This document shows, one piece after another, positions 13,608 to 26,046 of a DNA stretch of 64,000 bases (positions within the stretch are counted from its first letter, which is position 1; each line of letters opens with the position of its first letter). The position numbers and the translations under genes are program-made. Source of the stretch: Mustelus asterias. Lineage: Eukaryota. Below the pieces are notes generated by a model, which saw only the letters and a program-made list of their open reading frames with translations, did no database searches and had not been told where the DNA came from. The stretch covers positions 44,268,001 to 44,332,000 of the forward strand of contig NC_135817.1 of assembly GCF_964213995.1 (NCBI RefSeq). Direction: 5' to 3'.

Positions 13608-14531
13608 TAAGAAATAGGAGCAGGAGTAGGCCATCTAGCCCCTCGAGCCTGCCCCGCCATTCAATAAGATCATGGCTGATCTGAAGTGGATCAGTTCCAC
13701 TTACCCGCCTGCTCCCCATAACCCTTAATTCCCCTACCGATCAGAAATCCATCTATCCGCGACTTAAACATATTCAACGAGGTAGCCTCCACCACTTCAG
13801 TGGGCAGAGAATTCCAGAGATTCACCACCCTCTGAGAGAAGAAGTTCCACCTCAACTCTGTCCTAAACTGACCCCCCTTTATTTTGAGGCTGTGCCCTCT
13901 AGTTCTGGTTTCCTTTCTAAGTGGAAAGAATCTCTCCACTTCTACCCTATCTAGCCCCTTCATTATCTTATATGCCTCTATAAGATCCCACCTCAGCCTT
14001 CTAAACTCCAACGAGTACAAACCCAATCTGCTCAATCTCTCCTCATAATCTACACCCCTCATCTCTGGCACCAACCTGGTGAACCTTCACTGCACTCCCT
14101 CCAAGGCCAATATATCCTTTCGCAAGTAAGGGGACCAAAACTGCACACAGTATTCCAGCTGCGGCCTCACCAATGCCTTGTACAGATGCAACAAGACTTC
14201 TCTGCTTTTATATTCTATCCCCCTCGCGATAAATGCCAACATCCTATTTGCCTTCTTGATCACCTGTTGTACTTGCAGACTGAGTTTTTGCGACTCATGC
14301 ACAAGGACCCCCAGGTCCCTTTGCACAGTAGCATGTTGTAATTTTTTTCCATTTAAATAATAATCCAATTTGCTATTATTTCTTCCAAAGTGAATAACCT
14401 CACATTTGCCAACGTTATACTCCATCTGCCAGATCCTCGCCCACTCACTCAGCCTATTCAAATCTCTCTGCAGACCTTCCACTTCCTCCACGCAATTCAC
14501 TTTCCCACTTATCTTCATGTCGTCAGCAAAT
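13608..14531 (-). mobile_element. CR1-type LINE 3' part nested in the Gypsy remnant
   Basis: FADDMKISG...LEYCVQFWSPYLRKDILALEGVQ and the downstream ORF 13691-14074. The 3' end is ...gcctactcctgctcctatttcttat. Confidence 0.93.
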
Positions 14532-16417
14532 AGCCCTGAAAGATCCAGGATAGTCCAGAGAGGCTTATTACAAGGATGTGTTTTTTTTAAAAAGTATATG
14601 CAATTTAGAACTCTTTTTTTCTGGCTAAGTTTTAATAAATAAATTGTAGTCATATTACAATAATGGAGCACTGGCAGCCAGTTACAATATTAAACTTGCT
14701 TTCCACAAGTGGGATGAAAAGGAAGAAACACGCAAATTCTTTGGAGAGTGTGGAAAGCCCGATTTCCTTTGGCATTTACACTATCCTGAAACTTTTCAAA
14801 AGTTTCTGAAGTGAGACATTAAAATGAAATTACTTAGCAGCAGGCATGGATTAAATGAATATTCAGTCAGCAGGACTTTCAGAACTGTTTACCAAGCCAG
14901 AGAGATGACAGAATGCTGTACTGAAAGGTCTCAAAGAAGATGTTTCCCCTCTCTCCTTCTCTCGAAAGTGTTGTGCCCAGGTTTGCAAAGTAACCATCCT
15001 GACGCAAGAACTCTACTGCAAACTGAGATCTTTTGGGGAAAAACATGGAAATGTGCTCTGTGCGATTCAACCCAGGAAGACAACTGAACAAAACGGTCAC
15101 AATATGGAATTACCATGTCAAGACAAGCCAAAGGACAGCTAACCTGTATACTCGTTTATTTTATCTTCACACAGTAAAAAAAAAGCTTTAAGCCTACTCT
15201 TATTCAACCATCGGTACTCAGGAGTGTGAGGCCCCAGGGAGTGTATGTGATGTATGAATGGTTGTTGCAATTTATCTAGTTTTTTTCATTAATTTGGGAA
15301 GTAGTTTCAATAAACGTATCTTGGCCTTTGTTTAAACTCGGAAACCTTGTCTAATTCTTTCTAACCTGAAAGTGTAAATAGCAGGATTCCTGCAGTATTG
15401 GCAAAGCACATTCTCTCTAACAGTGTCCATCAATCCAATATTTGGGTCACTCTGTTCATGTCTTTTAAACTGCATGGGTCCTTCCTTGATCTCTTTTAAC
15501 TCTACTGCCCTGGCCTTGACCTTTACGTCGAGAAATTGTTACGGTCAGACCTGGACTGGAAGAATAGGGTCATTCTTACCCCACCTCACATGGTCATAAC
15601 AGGCTGAAAAGGCAAGAGGAAGTTTCTCTAGGGGTGCAGAACACTGAAAAAGATTCAGAGGCCTTGCAAAGGGCAATAAAACATGTGAGGGCTGAAGAGG
15701 TTATGGAAAAGCCTGAGTCAGCAGAGGCCAGGGCCAGGCCAGTCGTATTAGAAAGAAGCAGAAGTGAGACTGTTGAGTTAAAAGAAGCAGAAATCTGCCA
15801 AGTGTTCAGAAGGAGAAACCAAAGAAGTTAAAAGGATGAGGCCAGACCAGTGGGGTTAAAAAAACGTCAAGGAAGAAACCAAGCAGTTTAAAAAGATTAA
15901 CTGAGTGACTCAAATATTCGATTGTTAGACACTTCATTTCATATTTAAATGGAGACCAGCGAAGTTTCCAAGCAGACAAGGAGATGGTGAGAGAGAAGCC
16001 CTACATAGTTGATGAGCTACAGTGTGGGGGAGGGGTATAGCAGGAATTGAACAACGACCTGTAGGCAGTAATGTTCCAGAGAACATGGAACAGGTTTGAG
16101 GGAAATCCTTTCCCAAGAGAAAAAAGAAAGGGAAGCGAACATACCCCAAACCCAATGCAACATTTGGAGACCCTAAGGGGTAAACCAGCAAAATCCAAGA
16201 GGAGTTATCACTGGTAAATCAAATGAGTAACCTCAAGTTTTAAACCCCAACAAACCCAGCAATGTAGAGGCTAAGTCCTCCACAAGTGAGGTGCAGAAAG
16301 CAAGTCTAGACAGTGTACCAAGGCTTCAAATCAAATTACAACCCACCAACTTCCTAGAAGTCAGATTTGTAAAGATGCCTGAACCTAAGCAATTAAATCC
16401 ATGGCTTATAGAAGTGT

Positions 16418-16578
16418 TGATGTGGAGATGCCGGCGTTGGACTGGGGTAAACACAGTAAGAAGTTTAACAACACCAGGTTAAAGTCCAACAGGTTTATTT
16501 GGTAGCAAAAGCCACACGTGTGGCTTTTGCTACCAAATAAACCTGTTGGACTTTAACCTGGTGTTGTTAAACTTCTTA
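16418..16578. mobile_element. Penelope terminus forming a perfect 122-bp palindrome
   Basis: 16457-16517 is the exact reverse complement of 16518-16578 with no spacer. 13-bp TSD cttatagaagtgt at 16405-16417 and 16575-16587. Confidence 0.9.
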
Positions 16579-18337
16579 TAGAAGTGTACCATGAAGAGTT
16601 AAAACTGATCAGAGTAGACCAGGCTGGCAGGATTTGCAATGTAAGTGCAATTCTGATAAGCAGCCTGTCGGCATAGTCAATGGAAGATACAGTATCTTCC
16701 TGCCCCAACACTTCTGGTCGCTGGGTACCAAAACTAAGAGTATAGCCATAACAGTAAGGTTAAAAGTGGAGATAGGTGCCATGTGTTTTGCTTCTCCTTA
16801 TATCTTATAATGACAGGTTCCTAACAAATGATGTTTAATTCTGCATGACGGGGAGACGTTACGGAGGCGTGTTGTTGTCAGATATTAAAGTTCAATTTCA
16901 TCTGCTGGACTCACATATCGAACATTTTTTAAAAAGCAGTTTCAACGTTTAAAATATAGACACTGACTTAAGAGGATGCCGTAAGTCATCTGGCATTTGG
17001 GACTGCAAGTTGGCCAAGCTTCTGGAAACTTCTAAGAGGTGGATCGCAATGAACATGCTTGGACTGATCTTTGTGGAATGTCGCACTTACTTTTGTCAGG
17101 GCTTACTCCAAAACAGCAAGGACAACAAGGCCTCAGATTTTCTGACTCCAGGACTACCAAATAACAAATGCGAACTCACAAACCTGATTGTGTACAAGGG
17201 AAGTGCCCGGGACCCCTTTCTACCTCTACTGTATATCAACCGTTTCGACCATGGAAGGTAGAAAATCCTTTGTTAATATCAATATTGTGATCAACAGCCA
17301 GTCATCATATGACTGAAACTCTTTGACTTTTGAAACCATTTTATTACAAACCCTGCTGTCTTTGGGGCAGTGTGTGGAAAAGGAACATCTAAAGGCAGCA
17401 AATAAGCTGCTTGCTTCTCTCTCTCTCTCAGCTAAAGTGAACATTGTCTGCTTATATCCTATTGTGGAGAGATTCTAAAGACTTTTAATCATAAAATAGA
17501 GTTTCCAGGGGAAGACAAAAACAAGGACTACAGCTTTACGAACTGTCCCAGCCAGGAACAATGGAAGAGGATTCATAATCAGTGAACTCTTTATCTCTTC
17601 GCCTTTTATTGCTACATCTTAATTTGGCCAAAAGTTTAACATCTGCTACTTGGTAACTTGCATGCAATATATATGTGTGTGTTTGTTGCAATGGTCAGTT
17701 GACATTTTTTCAATATTTTAATATCCTTACCTGGGTGAGTTTTTACTACTACAAAAAATGAATCCCTTGCTCGAGTAAACTCAAGAAAGCTCATCAGGCT
17801 GAACTATTTGCAAACAGCACATTACTAGTTAAGTATATACACTGAATTGGCACATTCATCCTTATAAATTTACAAATACCCTGTTATGGTCAACCGCAGA
17901 GTGGGGAAAAGTCCTTGCACCCATCCTCCCCTGATCTTAACGGAATACACGTTAGTCAGCTGAGACTCAATGCATCATGTTTGTGTAATGCATTTGAATT
18001 CGAACAACAACTATATATTTCCATATAAGATCTGGACTTCCTTTAAAGTGGTTTTAGATACAACTGTCTTCCTGGAAAACTTGCAACAAATGCATCTCCC
18101 TTTGGGAGTGGGTGGAAAGGAAACAAAATATTTTCAACTCTGGCATGCCTTAGCATATAAATAACATCCAAACTACCAAATGATTATTTCCATGTTGACA
18201 GCATGCCTTTGAAACCAATGTTACTATAAGTGGATCAGTCCAATGCAAAGCGGTCTAACTGAATATGTAGGTGAAGAAGGAAGCAGTTTTCAAACAGACC
18301 CCAAATCTACCATTTTAATGGAAAATACAGACCTTAC

Positions 18338-18383
18338 TGTTAGATTTGGATCTATAACTCAGACTTTTTTTTTCCCATGGAAA
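18338..18383 (-). CDS. Putative internal exon of the MGNCC gene (FPWEKKSLSYRSKSN, phase 0 to 1)
   Basis: Acceptor tttttgtttcacaacag and donor gtaagg. Only one frame is open. FPWEKK resembles the LPWKK segment of GCSAM/HGAL. Confidence 0.45.
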
Positions 18384-21009
18384 CTGTTGTGAAACAAAAA
18401 TTGATGGTGGTAATGTTCAAATACTGAATCCAGTACATTAAAAGCATTGACAGCAGAAAGTAACTGTGAAGAATGTATGATTGATTTTAAGTCAGATAAA
18501 ATTGGGATATTGAAAACTGTTTTAGTTAGACGTACCATAGAGACTACAATCTGGATTCACCTCAGTATGGATTTTCCCTCTTAGTGGTGCGCATAATCTT
18601 ATAGAATAGCCTCAAAGGACTGAATAGCCTACTCCTGCTCCTATTTCTCATGTTCTTATGTTCACAGAGTGTTTCATCTCTTTGTATCAACAGATGGCCA
18701 ATTTTCACGATGATATAGTATGATAGTGAATCAATAAAGCACTTACTGCCAGTTTTAAAAACAATGAGTTGGAGGTTCGATTTGTGGCATCAGAAACAGA
18801 AAGCCTTTGAGTCAGAAACTGTACCCAGAAACCTAAGCAAATCTAAAGAAAATCAATATGTATATTTGGAACATCCCTAAAACACAAGACAAAAAAGAGC
18901 AAGAGACTAAAAAAGTATTAGTCAATGTCATATGATGCAACCCCCTGTTACATCAATCACTGACTGCTCACCCAAAAACAATGTTGTTGCTGAAAATAAC
19001 AGGAATCGTTTACAATTATTTGGATGCTGGGTTCTGTCCTGTAATTTGATTCATAACCTCCCAGTCCTCACACAGAGCTGGTATTTCCTCTCAAAAATGG
19101 TGTTCAGATATGCTCACATATTATTTGTGTATTGTTAGCACGGCACATGCAACGTGTAAATGTCCCAAATGTACAAAGCATTTCTAGATATGAGGGCATG
19201 CCTGCATTTAGTAGGAATTTTATTGCAAGTATAGACACCTTCATTAAAACTGCAAACCTTAGTAATCTGTACCATTTTAAGCTACAAATTTTACCATCTG
19301 ATTTATAAGTGGCCGCTGAAGCTCTCTAATTTCTTCATACCTGATGCTGACAAAGGTTTTAGTTACCCATTCTAATATTTCCTTCTTCGCTTCAATATTA
19401 ACTTTTGCCTCATTGTGCTCTTGTGAAGTTTCTCAGGTGACTTCCTATGTTCAGAGCGCTATATAAATGCAAGTTGTTACTGTAGTGTAAAGGTGCCATA
19501 AGAAAAAAATTACTTAGAGATTTTCAGTAGCCATTTAAAAAGCTAAAATGTGTAGATGTAGTCAGTGGAATAGTGGAATCAAGACAATGGATAGCCAGAG
19601 CAGAACGTAATTAGACAGTAGTACAAAGATGATCATTTGTTTTTAGAGTTGATTTCATTTAGTACCATCTTATAGTACAGTACTACTGAGATGTTATTCT
19701 CTTGTGCTTCATTTTTTCTAGTTTCTGACAGCATAAGACACCAAAAATTAATTGCAGAACCTGGTATATTAAAGATGAATGCAATCAAACTGTATCTATG
19801 CAAAATTCTGTTGCATTGCACTATAGAGTAATCTAACTTTCAGTCTCTCAAAGCACACCAATATATTAATATAATTAGGTTAGCTTGGGGAAGCAAGGCG
19901 GAGAGACATACTGGATAGAAAAACTGAGCAAGGAAAACCGAGAGCCAGAAAACCAAGACAGAAAAAGAGATATCAATATGCGTAAAAGAAAAGTTATAAT
20001 TTATAAATAATAAATTTGGATCGCAATATTAGATCAGTTTTACTGTTTCTTCATGTGTTTCCAGATGTGTTAAGATTCATCTGACTACACAGGCTGAAAC
20101 ATCAAGAAAATACAGGGTAAGTATGACAATGACTTTGGCTCACTGGATTCACCTGCTTAGAACAATATATCAACTATTCATCTCTGCGAACATCTTAAGT
20201 ATCAAAACGTTTTTTCAACTTTCAAATGTAAAATTCAATTTTGTCTGATGAATATTCTCTTCTGTGTAACACATGCAAAAACAATTTGCTTTGCTTTTCC
20301 TGTGCTGAGTGCTGGAAGTAAAATTAGAAAAATGCACAAAATTAAAGAACATTTTGACATTGTATTCTTGAAAGCAGCTTCAAAAATGTAATTTAGTTAT
20401 ATTGCTGTTGGAGTTCTGAAAAATACGTGAAACGCAGCACCTCTTGTGCATCAGTTTCCCCTAGAATTAATTTCATATTTTTAAATTCACACAGGATGTA
20501 ATATGGGTCTATAATTTATTCTCCTTGCTATTCTCCCAAGTCATCAGACCCTTCTTGATCATCAAGCTAATTTTAGTTTTATGAACTAATCTAAAATAAG
20601 GTAAGCAGGCTGGAGCGTACACAGCATGTGCTAGACAACACTTTCATCAAACTTGATGGTTTGGGACTGAAAGGAATCAATGTGCTTTCATGAAGCACTC
20701 ACTTCATTAGTCTGAAATTTACATGTCGATGTCCAAAATAAGTGTGAGCCTTTCCTTGATATTGCAATAAAAAGCAGATGGAGGTTAAATATTTGAAAAA
20801 AACTTTCAGAACTTATTCCCTGAATGTTCCTAAAACTTATATTTATCTATACCAAGCAAATTGTCAGACTACTTTAACTGACTGGCCTTGACGTTAGCCA
20901 ACGGTTATGCTGATATGCTCTCATTGTCACTCTAGCAGGAGACTAGCAGAAGCAGGGAAATGCCAATGACCAAGCTTGCTAGATTTCCACCTTGTCTGGG
21001 GGCACAACT

Positions 21010-21142
21010 CTTCACTCACTTGAAGAAGGAATGACACTCTGGAAGCTTGTGCTACCAAATAAACCTGTTTGACTTTAACCTGGTGTTGTCAGACTTCTTA
21101 CTGTGCTTACCCGAAATCCAACGCTGGCATCTCCACATCACG
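21010..21142 (+). mobile_element. Penelope 3' terminal fragment
   Basis: ctaccaaataaacctgtt...ggcatctccacatca, the same terminus as the other copies. Confidence 0.8.
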
Positions 21143-21649
21143 GTTTGCTTTTTGATATGAAAGGTGCAGAACTTTTGACCTTAAGGGAAGTGATAGACTG
21201 GGAACAGAGTGTTGGCACAGTAAAGGCAGCCGGTAAGCCTAGTTAAGTCAGACATAGCAGCCCCCACAGGACCCAAGACATGAGACACGCAATCTGAAGC
21301 ATTAAAGGAACCCACAGGCTCAGCAGGTCGATCACACCCATGCCCTGGGCAGCCTAGTTCCTGAGTGCAAGGAGCAAGCAGATGCTGGAGATATTTCTGA
21401 AGTGGTGCTAGTTCTCATGTGTCCCATTCATATAGGGTGTCCGCCCACAGACTGTGTAGGTTTGGGTATAAGCCTGGCATAACTGTTAATATTGCATTCC
21501 ACTCAATTCCTCCCCGCTCACCACCCCCCCACCCCCACCCCCCCGCGTCGCCATTTATAATTGAGATCATGCTAATCGAGCTGTCTGTAAAAAGAGGTGA
21601 AGTTTAAAGCGCATTTAAACGAGGCGCAGTCCTGGCAAGATCCGAAATG

Positions 21650-21903
21650 ATGTGGAAATGCCAGCGTTGGACTGGGGTAAACACAGTAAGGAGTCTAACA
21701 ACACCAGTTTAAAGTCCAACAGGTTTATTTGGTAGCAAAGGCCACTAGCTTTGGGAGCGCTGCTCCTTTGTCAGATGGAGTGGAAATCTGCTCTCAGATT
21801 TCCACTCCATCTGACTAAGGAGCAGCGCTCCGAAAGCTAGTGGCGTTTGCTACCAAATAAACCTGTTGGACTTTAGCCTAGTGTTGTTAGACTCCTTACT
21901 GTG
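21650..21903. mobile_element. Fold-back Penelope terminus (~108-bp inverted arms, 4-nt loop)
   Basis: Arms at about 21683-21790 and 21795-21903. 13-bp TSD aagatccgaaatg at 21637-21649 and 21904-21916. Confidence 0.9.
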
Positions 21904-22383
21904 AAGATCCGAAATGCCAGTTTTCATTCATAACTAAATGCAAGAGCCACATTCCCTCACTTTGAGTTGTAAGCATCGCAAGTTTTCATGCTCCAACAGT
22001 CTTTATTTGGAGTGGCATCAAGAAATAGGGGGATGGTGCTAGCAGCTCGCTAGCTTGCTGCTAGCTGGAGCTCCAGCTGCTCCCTCCCTCTCTCCCTGTC
22101 AGTAAAGGCCCCACTTTTTCAAAGCAACTCGCAACTTTCCAACGTATTAAAAGTTGCCCCAGTTCGAAGAGTCATCGTGCGTCTTTCAAAGTGGCATTTT
22201 CTTTCTAAAACCAGGTGAACTACATGGTGTTTTTTTTTCCACACTGGGTTCAAATCTAATAGCAAAGGTCCCGATCAAAATGTCACTTAAAAGATACAAA
22301 CGAGGCATCTGATCAAGGCTCTGATCTATTGAGTTGTGAGTCTTTTACACTTGGTTGGCTAACAGTGCACTTTTTGTACTCAC

Positions 22384-22412
22384 TTTTCTGCTTTCCTGCA
22401 ACAATTCCCCAT
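22384..22412 (-). CDS. First coding exon of a small N-myristoylated/palmitoylated protein (MGNCCRKAE..., GCSAM/C11orf52-like)
   Basis: ATG GGG AAT TGT TGC AGG AAA GCA GAA AA|gtgagt: 29 nt, phase 2, consensus donor, Gly2 plus Cys4/Cys5. It lies in a repeat-poor, CpG-containing segment. Confidence 0.6.
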
Positions 22413-22900
22413 GTCGCTCGGATGTGTCACACAGGGACTGCAGCTGAACACTGACCCTCACAAACTGAACCAGCAACAGCTGGCAACACAGCACTAGCAA
22501 TCGTTAGACGGAAGTTATAGACGTGTCCGGAGGGGGGGGGGGGGGGGGAATATGAGTTATATGTTGGGTTAAGATAAGAGCGTCATTTCCTCTCATCTGT
22601 CAGTCTTGAACGACATGAAGTGGGAGATAATGTCACTCGAGACGGGTTTGATGCAGACTCCGAAACCTGTGCACACAACAGCTTGTCTGACACGCTCTTA
22701 AAAGTAACTTTTTCAAGAGGGAACAGAGTTGAAGAATGATCAGCTAAAGGTGGAAGTACGCAGATCAGATAACATATGAAGAGGGAAAAGGAAATGTTGT
22801 AATTCCGAAAGTGTTTGTTGAAGTCCTCTTTTCTCCTTACAAATGCGGGGTGAACTTCTGTGAATTACCAGTAACGCAGAAATCGGCAAATTAGGAGCAA
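22413..22900 (-). promoter_or_regulatory. Putative 5' UTR/promoter of the MGNCC gene
   Basis: Repeat-free and relatively CpG-rich. E-boxes CAGCTG (22441, ~22477), ETS-like GGAAGT/GGAAAT motifs, GATAAG at ~22573 and a poly-G run at 22532-22548. Confidence 0.35.
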
Positions 22901-23356
22901 CAGATCATTGATTGTTGTAAATATTATACCAATTCTCAGTTCTTGAGCTTCTTTAAAAATTTAGTTCTGGCCAGTTAACGGGATGGTGAAGCATTTCGGA
23001 ATGATAATTGAGCACATGAATTCCTCACCTCCAAACCACGAGTTTCCTTTCTGATATCTCTATTTATAATTTATTTCGCATTTCCTTCTGCAAGTTTTGT
23101 TGAATTTCTTACATGTATGAGAGGGGATGACAATAGTGGAGAAGTCCTAGCTGAGATGTTCAATGGTGAGCTATTAACTTGAAACGTCCCCATATTCGAC
23201 ATTTGCCAATGAATTTTTATCTCCAGCAAAGAAACTAATCTGTGCCAATATGTATATTCTACACAAGAATCCCAGAGCTCTAATGCCATCCCCTTCTTCC
23301 TATTCCTCTATTACTGTATCACTTTGGATAATATCCAGGATTTGGTTGACAAGTGG

Positions 23357-24098
23357 CAACAAAGAACAAGAACAAAGAACAATGCAGCACAGGAACAGGC
23401 CCTTCGGCCCTCCAAGCCCGCGCCGCTCCCTGGTCCAAACTAGACCATTCTTTTGTATCCCTCCATTCCCACTCCATTCATATGGCTGTCTAGATAAGTC
23501 TTAAACGTTCCCAGTGTGTCCGCCTCCACCACCTTGCCTGGCAGCGCATTCCAGGCCCCCACCACCCTCTGTGTAAAATATGTCCTTCTGATATCTGTGT
23601 TAAACCTCCCCCCCTTCACCTTGAACCTATGACCCCTCGTGAACGTCACCACCGACCTGGGGAAAAGCTTCCCACCGTTCACCCTATCTATGCCTTTCAT
23701 AATTTTATACACCTCTATTAAGTCTCCCCTCATCCTCCGTCTTTCCAGGGAGAACAACCCCAGTTTACCCAATCTCTCCTCATAACTAAGCCCCTCCATA
23801 CCAGGCAACATCCTGGTAAACTTCCTCTGTACTCTCTCCAAAGCCTCCACGTCCTTCTGGTAGTGTGGCGACCAGAACTGGACGCAGTATTCCAAATGCG
23901 GCCGAACCAACGTTCTATACATCTGCAACATCAGACCCCAACTTTTATACTCTATGCCCCGTCCTATAAAGGCAAGCATGCCATATGCCTTCTTCACCAC
24001 CTTCTCCACCTGTGACGTCACCTTCAAGGATCTGTGGACTTGCACACTCAGGTCCCTCTGCGTATCTACACCCTTTATGGTTCTGCCATTTATCGTAT
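23357..24098 (-). mobile_element. Young CR1 LINE (subfamily A), 5'-truncated
   Basis: ORF nearly identical to 3067-3798. (caaagaa)n tail at 23357-23381. Confidence 0.95.
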
Positions 24099-25100
24099 AG
24101 GCAAGTAACATTTGTGTCACACAAGTGCCAGGCAATGACCATCTCCAAGAAGAGAGCACTTAACCATCACCTCTTGACATTCAATGGCATTACCATTGCT
24201 GAAATCCCCACTGTCAACATCTTGGTGGTCACCATTGACCAGAAACTGAACTGGACTAGCCATACAAATATGTGGCCACAAGAGTAGGTCAGAGGCTAGG
24301 AATCTTGTGATGAGTAGCTATCCACCTGACTTCCTAAAGCATGTCCACCATCCACAAGGCATAAATCAGGAGTGTGATGGAATATTCTCCTCTTGCCTGT
24401 ATGAGTGCAGTTCCAAAAACTCCCTCCATCACCAAAACAGTGGCAGCAATGTGTACCATCTGCAAGATACACTGCAAGGTGGCATGATGGCACAGTGGTT
24501 CGCACTGCTGCCTCACAGTGCCAGGGACATGGGTTCGATTCCCGGCTTGGGTCACATGTCTGTTGGAGTTTACATGTTCTCCCCGTCTCTGTGTGGGTTT
24601 CCTCTGGGTGCTCCGGTTTCCTCCCACAGTCTGAAAGACGTGCTGGTTAGGTGCATTGACCCAAACAGGTGCCGGAGTGTGGCGACGAGGGGAATTTCAC
24701 AGTAATTTCATTGTAGTGTTAATGTTAGCCTTACTTGTGACTAATAATAAATAAACTTCAAAACTTTAAGGCCCCTTCAACAGCTCCTTCCAAACCCACA
24801 ACCACTATCATCTAGGAGAACAAGGGCAGCAGATACATAGGAAAACCACCACCTGGAAGATCCCCCACCCTCCCCCCACAAGAAACTCGTCAGCCTGCCT
24901 TGCAAATATAATGCTGTTCCTTCACTGTCACTGGGTCAAAATCCTGAAATTCCCTCCCTAACAGCACAATGGTGTACCTAAACCACATGGACTGCAGCGA
25001 TTCAAAAAGGCAGCTCACCACCACTTTCTCAAGGGCAGTTAGGATTGGGTAAAAAATGCTGAATTAGTCAGCAGGGCCCACATCTCATGAATTAATTTTT
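24099..25100 (+). mobile_element. Degraded L2/CR1-group LINE 3' end interrupted by a SINE
   Basis: SHKCQAMTIS...LTFNGITIAE...VTIDQKLNWTSH, with 3' end ggcagctcaccaccactttctcaagggc. Confidence 0.65.
24478..24768 (+). mobile_element. V-SINE (alternative tail)
   Basis: A box tggcacagtggtt, B box ggttcgattccc, V domain and an aataaa-containing tail. Confidence 0.88.
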
Positions 25101-26046
25101 AAAACGTACTTCTGCAACCTTCCTGTTGCTGCTGAATGCAAGTTCAGCAGTGTGAGTTTAAGAGAGAACATTAATTGATGCTAAAAAATGCTCTCTCTAG
25201 AGTCTAGTCAGTGATACATGCTGACATGATTTACCTAACGTGCAAACCTCAGGAGCACGTTCCAAGTGCACACATGAACAACCTCACCAAGCTGACATGC
25301 AAAGTGGCCTGTCCCAGAACAGTGCTCACTTGGCTTGTGAGTACCCATAAGGCTAGAAATACAGATGTGAATGCAACCTAATTTTGCAGCCAAGATGTCT
25401 GATATTTTCAGCGTAATTCTGCAAAAAGCCTTAAAACAGTATAAGTCGTCAACAACTAATGAAACCTGCCATACATACTTCTTTAGAACAATTCATAATC
25501 TTCCCCATTTGTTAACATTTATGCCGTGGACAAATTGATGTAATAAAGTTCATGGTAAGTAAGAAAATACGTTACTTCAAACTGGCAGGAACATTATACT
25601 TCGTAATGTATGATGGATTCTTCGGTTGCTAAGATAGAACTGTACATCATATAGTCTATCCCTTCAAGGCCACAGCATCCAATTGATGAAGATGGTTATA
25701 TTTCAGAGAATAATTAGATGCTTATTACTGTCACTGAAGCAAGCTTGTAGGATGACAGCTGCTTGAAGAACTGCAAGCTCCCAAACAGTGGGTCGCAACA
25801 TAAATAGAGTTGTAGAAAGAGCAAATGAGCTGGGTATTCCCTCCTCCTACACAGGCCCACACCAGCACCATGGCCCAGGTGGCACCTGGCTCTGCCTTGC
25901 CCTGCTCATCTCTCAGTTGTTTTCTCTGAGTTTGATGAGGAGAATTCCACTGAGTGCCAACACTGAACAAGTTTGATGTGTGAGTGGAAGTATTTTCTCC
26001 TCCTCCACTTCATTCTTCTCTCTTCAAATCTTTCCACTTGATCTGT

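Larger units (their letters stand above)
10719..17941 (+). mobile_element. Ancient Gypsy (Gmr1-like) LTR retrotransposon remnant with diverged LTRs (~10719-12029 and ~16858-17941)
   Basis: Two diverged direct repeats of ~1.1-1.3 kb (e.g. ccaagcttctggaa at ~10915 and ~17014). Gag-like WPAENWTPLMQNKLIGKTHQVYAMLS at 12543-12791 and protease ILRDTG at ~13368. A purine tract precedes the second LTR. Confidence 0.75.

Noticed and set aside
18748-18842. Minus-strand ~96-nt exon candidate with good splice sites (ICLGFWVQ...)
   Set aside because: Open only in phase 0-0, so it cannot follow exon 1 directly, and it has no homology support.
16418-21903. Fold-back elements as DNA-transposon MITEs or CRISPR-like repeats
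   Set aside because: The arms are Penelope pLTR sequence with variable fold-back points and 12-13-bp TSDs, and there is no repeat-spacer array.
22634-22671. Hammerhead-like text in the MGNCC promoter (cactcgagacgggtttgatgcagactccgaaacctgtg)
   Set aside because: No CUGANGA box, no valid NUH or palindromic stem III, and no Penelope context.
24478-24550. tRNA gene (A/B boxes)
   Set aside because: It is a SINE head continuing into the V domain, with no complete cloverleaf or terminator.
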